Source: an uncultured cyanobacterium
GTDB taxonomy: Bacteria > Cyanobacteriota > Cyanobacteriia > Cyanobacteriales > Cyanobacteriaceae
Direction of reading: 5' to 3'
Length of the DNA: 14,465 nucleotides
NCBI GenBank assembly: GCA_963749915.1
Contig: CAVVOP010000024.1
Location: 1 to 14,465, forward strand
Each line of letters opens with the position of its first letter. Position 1 is the first letter of the stretch. The notes below the pieces were generated by a model. The model did not search any database and was not told the origin of the DNA. It saw only the letters and a program-made list of their open reading frames with translations. This document shows, one piece after another, positions 8,345-14,465 of the stretch. A program made the position numbers and the translations under genes.

Positions 8345-9540
8345 AGTTCTCCTTTAAAGGCTCTTTGTAATAGGGAGTTGAAGAGATTTTCTGATTCTTG
8401 ACAGATGTCTTTTGATTGGTTTTGCATTCGTAATTCTATATTTCTGCGAACATAAACATATTTTTTCTGTAAATCAATAGGAGGACTAAATACTTGAAAA
8501 CTTTTAATGTCTTTAAATTTAAAGTCTTTTGAGCCACACCTTTACTTGTTGATCTGCTTGTCTTTGATTAGCATCCGATTGCATGTAAGCCAAGAAATAA
8601 ATCAGGATATATTTTAGATTAATCAGGTTTAATATTCGCTATATGCACTTTGAAATACAAAATTTTTTATCAGTTCTCGACTAATGACCTGCAATACCAT
8701 AGAATTCCTACTGTTGTATAAGAGAATATCATTAATTTCAATTGGAACATCTTTAGTTCAGTTTCTGCCAGAATCTTCACTTATAATTTACTGACTTTGA
8801 AATCTATTTCTCCATTACAATATTGCTAACAAATAAGAAAGGAATACCATTTCTTGACTATTCAGGACATTTGATGAGTTCCGTCTGTAAACTGATTGCA
8901 AATTTCACTAAGTTTCTTGATTTCCCATCCTTTAGGATTAGTAACAGGATCGCCGAACATATCGAGGAAAAGCGATCGTCCTAATTCTTCGGTTAATTTA
9001 ATTGCCTCTTGTCGTTTCCTTCTGATCTCATCCGCCTTGTCTAATATACTCGCTATTCTGCGTTGCAGGGCGATCGGGGGTAATGGGATTTTTAATTTTT
9101 AAAACTATCTTTTATTAACTCTATATAGTGTACTGTCTAGAACCTATATGATTCTAAGTTGAGCTATTGACGAATACAGCCAATATATAAGTATTATGAG
9201 AAATCTATCTTGAATTCATGGAGAATTAAACATTTATCTGTTGCTTAAATGATAATCTCTTTCTAGCTATAGCTACTTTACCAATAGTAGCCTATAAACT
9301 ACAACTAATATGAATCTTTTGGTAGTAAGTTCACCCTATCTTAAACATATTGTTAATCTTTTCTGTATACTTGTAATGTTGACTGAATTAATTATACTTC
9401 ATGATATCTAATTCTGATGTCACAGATGGAATTACCTTCTCATAATCCAGAATGTTCACTTATGGTTTGGACCAGTTACACTTCTGTATACATACAGCAA
9501 TTTTTGATACTTCTACGATTTCATCCATTAGTATTTTCAT
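8341..9540 (-). pseudogene. hsdS: Type I restriction specificity subunit, frameshifted in both TRDs as assembled
   Basis: 1200 nt. Open central region 9095-8871 (LKIPLPPIALQRRIASILDKADEIRRKRQEAIKLTEELGRSLFLDMFGDPVTNPKGWEIKKL) and open tail 8511-8341 (PPIDLQKK...ENLFNSLLQRAFKGEL*). TRD fragments such as ATIGKVAIA, GIPFLFVSNI and GVAQKTLNL lie in shifting frames. Confidence 0.92.
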
Positions 9541-9584
9541 CCCAACATCCCCTCCAACTCCTTCAAATCAGCCATAATTTTATC
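9537..9584 (-). repeat. Duplicate of the hsdM 3' end (mini-ORF MADLKELEGMLG*, 9575-9537) coupled to the hsdS start
   Basis: 9544-9584 matches 11844-11884 at 36/41 nt with no gaps. It contains the SD-like GGAGGGG, and its TGA overlaps the hsdS ATG (ATGA). Confidence 0.9.
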
Positions 9585-9651
9585 CTTAATAACGTTTTCA
9601 AAAACTAATTAGACAACAAACAAATATCTTTAATAAATCTTATTATGATCT

Positions 9652-9876
9652 CTATAATAGAGCTAAAAATTCATCAATAGTTAAATCACAATCTCTTAAA
9701 ATTTGAGCAAATAAACCTTTTCCTATCGTCTCATTAGAGTGAACAGGTACAACAGTCCTTCTACCATCAGGATGAGCTAAAAAGTGATGACTTCCCTTAA
9801 TTCTAATTACCGAAAAATTAGCTTTTTTTAAAGCCTTAATCATCTTTTTTCCACTTAAAGCGGGAATATTACTCAT
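9652..9876 (-). CDS. hicA: HicA-family toxin
   Basis: IRIKGSHHFLAHPDGRRTVVPVH...IGKGLFAQIL. Confidence 0.9.
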   Translation of the reverse strand: MSNIPALSGKKMIKALKKANFSVIRIKGSHHFLAHPDGRRTVVPVHSNETIGKGLFAQILRDCDLTIDEFLALL

Positions 9877-9877
9877 T

Positions 9878-10093
9878 TTATTTGTTAATGGCTACTCTTT
9901 GAACCCCAATAAATTCTAAAGGTTTAAAATCTTCTTTTTCTACTTCCAGACAAAGTTCGATCGCTTCTGTTATTCTCTCTAATAATTCGTCCATCGTTTT
10001 CCCTTGTGTATGACATCCTTTCAAAGAAGGTACTGAAGCAACTAAATAGCCATCTTCGTCTTTTTCAATAACTACATTAAAATATTCACTCAT
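9878..10093 (-). CDS. hicB: HicB-family antitoxin (short)
   Basis: VVIEKDEDGYLVASVPSLKGCHTQGKTMDELLERITEAI. Confidence 0.9.
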   Translation of the reverse strand: MSEYFNVVIEKDEDGYLVASVPSLKGCHTQGKTMDELLERITEAIELCLEVEKEDFKPLEFIGVQRVAINK

Positions 10094-10194
10094 AATTTTC
10101 TCCTGTGTACATTTTCTATCAATTGATAAAACTTTTCTAAATCTTCCTCAGATAAATAATCTAATTCTGCCTTAATTAACTCTTTAATACTCAT
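10090..10194 (-). pseudogene. Truncated small antitoxin-like gene (34 aa)
   Basis: AGGTGA SD, then MSIKELIKAELDYLSEEDLEKFYQLIENVHRRKL*. Stop overlaps the hicB ATG. N-terminus resembles that of 6003-6201. Confidence 0.5.
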
Positions 10195-10233
10195 AAATCA
10201 CCTATTTATTTTATTTGATTTAATTATAAAAAC

Positions 10234-10554
10234 TTAAGCAATTTGTAGCTCAGATTGTTTCCTAAACTCGTCCAACAGCAAGAAAAACTTATCAAACCCT
10301 GCTTTTTCATCATGACAAGAAAGCATAATTAACTTAGCCCAACTAGTAACACTTTTAACCCCTAAACGTTGCTGTAACCAAGGCTGAAAACTATCATAAA
10401 ACAACTCCTCCTCTTCATCCAACTCTTCCCCCATTTCCGTTCGAGCAAACTCATAACCCACTAAAAACATAAATAAATCACTCACCGAAGGGCGACCTAA
10501 ATACATTCCCGGTGTTTCTTTAATTTGTTGTAGAGTTTCATATAAATTAGTCAT
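10234..10554 (-). CDS. Hypothetical protein (106 aa)
   Basis: Strong SD (AGGAGG) upstream; IKETPGMYLG motif; function unknown. Confidence 0.8.
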   Translation of the reverse strand: MTNLYETLQQIKETPGMYLGRPSVSDLFMFLVGYEFARTEMGEELDEEEELFYDSFQPWLQQRLGVKSVTSWAKLIMLSCHDEKAGFDKFFLLLDEFRKQSELQIA

Positions 10555-10614
10555 AACTTTAACCTCCTAGAGAATCTAACTCTTGTATGATCAAGAACTT
10601 TTATCATCAAAATC

Positions 10615-10857
10615 TCAAGAAAAAAGTCTAGTCAATAAATCATCTTTTGTCAGATTAAAATGATTAGCAACATCTCTCAGGATAGCGTTTAAAGTTCCTA
10701 TTTTAAGAGGTTTATGAGCAGGAATAGTCACATGATGCTCACCATTTTCTTGAGTAGTTAAGCGAATATGACTACCAGTTTGATGACTAACCTCATAATC
10801 TAATTTTTTTAGAGCTTTAACTAAGTCATAACTCGATAAATCTCTGGGTAACTTCAT
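10615..10857 (-). CDS. hicA: HicA-family toxin
   Basis: HQTGSHIRL...HHVTIPAHKPLKIGTLNAIL. Confidence 0.9.
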   Translation of the reverse strand: MKLPRDLSSYDLVKALKKLDYEVSHQTGSHIRLTTQENGEHHVTIPAHKPLKIGTLNAILRDVANHFNLTKDDLLTRLFS

Positions 10858-11090
10858 AAAGCAATAACCTCATCTCTGACAATGTGTAAACGAATGATTT
10901 GAGGACGATTATTTTGATCAGGAAAATGACAATGTACAGCGTCTTTAATTTCCCTTTTTAACTCTTCCAAAGTATCAGCTTGAGTAAAAATTGATTCTCC
11001 TAAAGCCTGAGCAACATAACCCCCCTCGGTATCGTCTTCCACTAAAAAAATAATTTCTGTTAAAGGAGAGAAATTCGCTTCAATGGTCAT
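10854..11090 (-). CDS. HicB-like antitoxin
   Basis: EIIFLVEDDTEGGYVAQALGESIFTQADTLEELK; 4-nt overlap with the downstream hicA. Confidence 0.8.
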   Translation of the reverse strand: MTIEANFSPLTEIIFLVEDDTEGGYVAQALGESIFTQADTLEELKREIKDAVHCHFPDQNNRPQIIRLHIVRDEVIAL

Positions 11091-11152
11091 ATTAATACCT
11101 CAATGAATTCTGAAAAATTAATTAGTTTATAGTTTTTGATTTTAACTTGAGA

Positions 11153-11365
11153 TTATTTAATCGCGAAAGATAAAACCGCTAAAATATCATCTAATTCTAA
11201 ATCTTCATAATCCATTAAAATTTCTTCAGTAGTCATACCTGAGCTTAGTAACTCTAAAACAAACTCCACAGGATACCTTAAACCTCGGATACAAGGTTTT
11301 CCATGACATATATTAGGATTGATCGTAATACGTTTTATAAGTTCCATAAATACCTCTTTTGACAT
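11153..11365 (-). CDS. DUF433-family putative antitoxin, orphan (second Met is the likely start)
   Basis: RITINPNICHGKPCIRGLRYPVEFVLELLSSGMTTEEIL.DY.DL. No DUF5615/PIN partner follows. Confidence 0.88.
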   Translation of the reverse strand: MSKEVFMELIKRITINPNICHGKPCIRGLRYPVEFVLELLSSGMTTEEILMDYEDLELDDILAVLSFAIK

Positions 11366-11375
11366 TTAAGATAGA

Positions 11376-11588
11376 TTAAGCGTACATTAACTTGCCTTTA
11401 GGTTGAGGAATATCTCGCCCCAACTCCTGAGCTATTTCTAGCCATTCTTTAATGATAACCTCAGCATTACTAACAGCCTCCTGATAAGTCTTACCATCTG
11501 CCATACAACCTGATAATTCTGGCACTTCCACAATAAAACAATCATCTACTTCACTCCAATAAATAATTAATTCATATTTAATTGACAT
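11376..11588 (-). CDS. hicB: HicB-family antitoxin (short)
   Basis: YELIIYWSEVDDCFIVEVPELSGCMADGKTYQEAV...GRDIPQP. Confidence 0.9.
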   Translation of the reverse strand: MSIKYELIIYWSEVDDCFIVEVPELSGCMADGKTYQEAVSNAEVIIKEWLEIAQELGRDIPQPKGKLMYA

Positions 11589-11838
11589 CGCTATCTCCTA
11601 ATTTGTATTTAATGATTAAATTTCTAAGCTGTTTAACCTGATAGGCTTTTGCTTTTGAGCCATTAGGTTGTATGTTGATAATTTCACTCACTCCCTCTTT
11701 CCAAAAAATGTGATGACTACCTTTAACTCTCTGACTAAAACCCAACTTAATTAGTAACAAACAAAAATCGGCAAAATCAATATTACGATCAGATGTCCCT
11801 CTGAGTATTTTATCTAAGAGTTTTTCATATTTACCCAT
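11578..11838 (-). CDS. hicA: HicA-family toxin
   Basis: LGFSQRVKGSHHIF...INIQP...KAKAYQVKQ; overlaps the hsdM end by 8 nt. Confidence 0.88.
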   Translation of the reverse strand: MGKYEKLLDKILRGTSDRNIDFADFCLLLIKLGFSQRVKGSHHIFWKEGVSEIINIQPNGSKAKAYQVKQLRNLIIKYKLGDSDVN

Positions 11839-13306
11839 TAGTTAACATTCCCTCTAACTCCTGCAAATCAGCCATAATCTCATCTTCAAGAGCCTTTAAT
11901 TTACCTAAAATAACCTTTGGTGGATCATAACTAACCTCCTCATATTCAATCTCTTTGTAACGATTAATAGAAAGGTCATAACCATTTTCTGCTATCTCCT
12001 CCTTGGGTACAAAAAAAGCTTTAGCCTTACGATCAGTATCTTTGGCTAGATCTCGACTATGCCACTTCTCAATAATGTCAGGAATATCATTGGCTTCCAC
12101 AGGTTGCCGTTTATCATCCAACGATAACCCATCAGCTTCCATATCATAGAACCAAACTGAATCCGTTCCCCCTGCTCCTGTCTTAGTAAACATTAATACC
12201 GCTGTAGATACACCAGCATAAGGCTTAAATACCCCTGAAGGCATGGAGATAATACCATCTAACTTATGGTCTTCTACCAAGGTCTGACGTAGGCTTTTAT
12301 GAGCTTTAGACGAGCCAAATAAAACACCATCAGGAACAATTACCGCCGCTCTACCTCCTTTCTTTAACAACCGTAGAAATAAAGCCCCAAAGAGTAATTC
12401 TGTTTTCTTGGTTTTAATTACCTTACTTAAATCTTTGGCAATGGTACTCGCTTCTACCGAACCCTTAAAAGGAGGATTAGCCAGTATTAGGGTAAAAGCT
12501 TCTTCCACTCCTGAATGTTCTTCTGCTAGAGAATCTCTGGCTTCAATTTTAGGGTTGGCTATGCCGTGTAACATCATATTCATGCTACCAATACGAAGCA
12601 TAGTGGCATCAAAGTCAAACCCGTGAAACATATCATTATTAAAATGTTCTCGATTACCTTGAGCATTTAATACTAAATTACCATCACTATCCTTTTTATG
12701 CTGTAAATATTCCGCAACTCCTACCAAAAAGCCACCAGTACCGCAAGCAGGATCACAGACTATTTCTCTGGGAATGGGAGCCATCAATTCCACCATCATT
12801 TTAATAATATGACGAGGGGTACGAAACTGCCCGTTAGTTCCTGCGGTGGTTAGTTTAGAGAGCATATATTCATATAAATCCCCTTTAGTATCCCTGTCTT
12901 CCATAGGAATCTGATCAATTTGCTCTACCACGTTGGCAAGAAGGGCTGGAGAGGCAATTAAAAAGACTGCATCCTTCATATGTTGAGTATAAGCACCACC
13001 TTGTTTTCCTAAAGTTTTGATAAAGGGAAAAGCATGATCTCTGACACTAACTAACATATCTTCAGAGTTTTCATGCTTGAAATTTGACCAGCGACAATTT
13101 TGATGCTCAGGGTCAAATGTAGGGTTTTTGATTTTTCCCCCTAATCGTTTAACCTTTTTTTCTTTAGCTAACTCGAGATCATCTAATCGCTTAATAAATA
13201 AAAGATAGGATATTTGCTCGATCACAGACAGAGGGTTACTAATGCCGTTATTCCAGAATGTTGTCCAAAGTTTATCGACCTTCGATTTTAATTCACCTGT
13301 GATCAT
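11831..13306 (-). CDS. hsdM: Type I R-M N6-adenine methyltransferase subunit
   Basis: GDLYEYML, GQFRTP, DPACGTGGF (motif I), LANPPF (motif IV), VPDGVLF. Confidence 0.97.
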   Translation of the reverse strand: MITGELKSKVDKLWTTFWNNGISNPLSVIEQISYLLFIKRLDDLELAKEKKVKRLGGKIKNPTFDPEHQNCRWSNFKHENSEDMLVSVRDHAFPFIKTLGKQGGAYTQHMKDAVFLIASPALLANVVEQIDQIPMEDRDTKGDLYEYMLSKLTTAGTNGQFRTPRHIIKMMVELMAPIPREIVCDPACGTGGFLVGVAEYLQHKKDSDGNLVLNAQGNREHFNNDMFHGFDFDATMLRIGSMNMMLHGIANPKIEARDSLAEEHSGVEEAFTLILANPPFKGSVEASTIAKDLSKVIKTKKTELLFGALFLRLLKKGGRAAVIVPDGVLFGSSKAHKSLRQTLVEDHKLDGIISMPSGVFKPYAGVSTAVLMFTKTGAGGTDSVWFYDMEADGLSLDDKRQPVEANDIPDIIEKWHSRDLAKDTDRKAKAFFVPKEEIAENGYDLSINRYKEIEYEEVSYDPPKVILGKLKALEDEIMADLQELEGMLTNG

Positions 13307-13418
13307 ATATATTTCAATTCTTAAACTATAGTTAATTAAATTATTATTATTGATTTGAAAAGATATAACAATCTATATCAATAATTATCAACTTAACTTT
13401 TTCAGTTTAATCACTTTC

Positions 13419-13446
13419 TTCATAATTCATAATTCATAATTCATAA
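13419..13446. repeat. Heptamer tandem repeat (TTCATAA)x4
   Basis: Four exact copies in the hsdM/recombinase intergenic region; resembles cyanobacterial short tandem repeats. Confidence 0.85.
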
Positions 13447-13454
13447 TTTCTAGA

Positions 13455-13462
13455 GCGATCGC
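13455..13462. repeat. HIP1 octamer GCGATCGC (also at 2524, 3973, 4408)
   Basis: Exact matches read from the sequence; many additional CGATCG cores. Confidence 0.85.
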
Positions 13463-13492
13463 CTCTGCCTGTATAATTATAAAATTAACTGA

Positions 13493-13521
13493 GTGCCACA
13501 TAAGACTGCGTTATGTCTAAC
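13493..13521. promoter_or_regulatory. dif-like tyrosine recombinase core site
   Basis: GTGCCACATAA-gactgcg-TTATGTCTAAC: inverted ACATAA/TTATGT arms with a 7-nt spacer, similar to E. coli dif GGTGCGCATAA-N6-TTATGTTAAAT. Overlaps the recombinase ATG. Confidence 0.6.
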
Positions 13522-13643
13522 TCGACAGCTAAGAATGAAATAACTAGGGAAGAGTTGATTATTCAATGGTTACATGGGCTTTCTCCGAATACGCAAAGAA
13601 CTTATCGTCTCTATTTGAATCGGTTTTTGGCTCATGTTAATAA
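13513..13643 (+). pseudogene. N-terminal fragment of a tyrosine recombinase/integrase, cut by IS insertion
   Basis: MSNSTAKNEITREELIIQWLHGLSPNTQRTYRLYLNRFLAHVN shows the S-x-x-T-x-x-x-Y-x6-F core-binding-domain pattern. It ends exactly at the IS terminus; catalytic residues are not in the window. Confidence 0.7.
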
Positions 13644-14465
13644 CCCACATTCCGCACGTCACTTTGTAAGATGATAAAAGTATTAAAACCAAGCAACTTA
13701 TTTTGGACAAAATATAAGTAATAATACTCAATATCTTCTTTATTCGCGTTTTGTATTCGCGAACTTTGCTCAAATTAAAATCTCATTGTCAATAACTTCA
13801 CCTTTAATGAGAATAAATAAACAGAGCAAATCTATCAGTTTTCTATTCTTTATTTATGATATTATAATTGAGAATGTTTAGACTCTTAAATCCCATAAGT
13901 TATCCAGATAAAATATAATAATTATGACAAGAAATCGGGAAAAAACTTAAAATTAGTTTTCGTTCATTTGTTAGATTTACTATCTGTTCTTTTCCTCTAT
14001 TTATTACTAAATGAATTCCTTGAAAACTTTGAAATATCCATCTTAACGTCGGACGTTTCGTTAGTTTTCCTAATTGATTTTTTATTCCGATTTTTTTCTC
14101 TTTTAATAAGCGACGTATTTCTCTTTGCCCTAAAGAATATACTAACAGGCATAATCCCAACAACATTGACATTGTTTCGATTCTTTTTGGGGTTTTTAAA
14201 AACACACTATCGGCAAAAAATAATGGCTCTTTCAGAAAACTAAAACCTCTTTCTGCGGTTTGTTGCTCTTTATACTTAATTAAAATTTCATCCGAATTAA
14301 ATTTACTTTTATCTAATCTATTTGTCGCTAACACAAATCTTCCTGCTCTTTTTTTTGATTCGTTTATTTTAGTTAAACCTGATTTCAAAATAGCCGTAAC
14401 TTGATAAGTTTTTCCCGATTTTTCTTCCTTCTTTTTCGATTTTTTCTGGTGATTATTTAATTCAC
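13644..14465 (-). mobile_element. IS1634-family element (3' part), terminus cccacattccgcac at 13644
   Basis: Transposase C-terminus, a ~255-nt downstream region, and a terminus that matches 3-16. Confidence 0.8.
13900..14465 (-). CDS. IS1634-family transposase, C-terminal part (frame open to the window edge)
   Basis: GRFVLATN, YKEQQTAERGFSFLK.PLFFADSVFLK.P.RIE, PTLRWIFQ. Confidence 0.88.
   Translation of the reverse strand, partial: ELNNHQKKSKKKEEKSGKTYQVTAILKSGLTKINESKKRAGRFVLATNRLDKSKFNSDEILIKYKEQQTAERGFSFLKEPLFFADSVFLKTPKRIETMSMLLGLCLLVYSLGQREIRRLLKEKKIGIKNQLGKLTKRPTLRWIFQSFQGIHLVINRGKEQIVNLTNERKLILSFFPISCHNYYILSG

Noticed and set aside
7938..8357. 139-aa plus-strand ORF
   Set aside because: Antisense shadow of the DUF4926-like and higA genes.
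8896..9102. 68-aa plus-strand ORF
   Set aside because: Antisense to the hsdS central conserved region, which is the real coding frame.
9417..9608. 63-aa plus-strand ORF
   Set aside because: Antisense to the hsdS start and the duplicated hsdM tail.
5592..11838. attC-like, shufflon-like or CRISPR-like repeats between cassettes
   Set aside because: Manual comparison of intergenic junctions found no recurring motif other than the hsdM-tail duplicate.
12408..12626. 72-aa plus-strand ORF
   Set aside because: Antisense shadow inside hsdM.
13570..13773. 67-aa minus-strand ORF
   Set aside because: Crosses the IS terminus and runs antisense to the recombinase fragment; likely a chance ORF.
13968..14243. 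91-aa plus-strand ORF
   Set aside because: Antisense shadow of the IS1634 transposase.

Overview
AT-rich window, probably from a cyanobacterial plasmid or island (HIP1 GCGATCGC/CGATCG sites, cyanobacterial-type IS and TA families). The core is a minus-strand type I restriction-modification operon whose genes hsdM (11831-13306), hsdS (8341-9540) and hsdR (2106-5591) are separated by two dense, co-oriented arrays of about 18 small toxin-antitoxin genes and fragments. These include three HicAB pairs, one MazEF pair, and several antitoxin-like genes whose usual toxin partner is missing or truncated. The hsdM-hsdS array is bracketed by a 41-bp direct repeat of the hsdM 3' end, 2300 bp apart, which rebuilds the SD and ATGA coupling for hsdS. 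hsdS reads open in its conserved regions but has many indels in both target-recognition domains. Divergent from hsdM lie a dif-like site and the 5' end of a tyrosine recombinase gene, cut by an IS1634-family element. A matching IS terminus at the left edge interrupts an IS4-family transposase. A ParA with an aberrant C-terminus, flanked by 10-bp-phased ATAC repeats, sits between the IS4 and hsdR. Family names come from motif recognition only; no database search was run.
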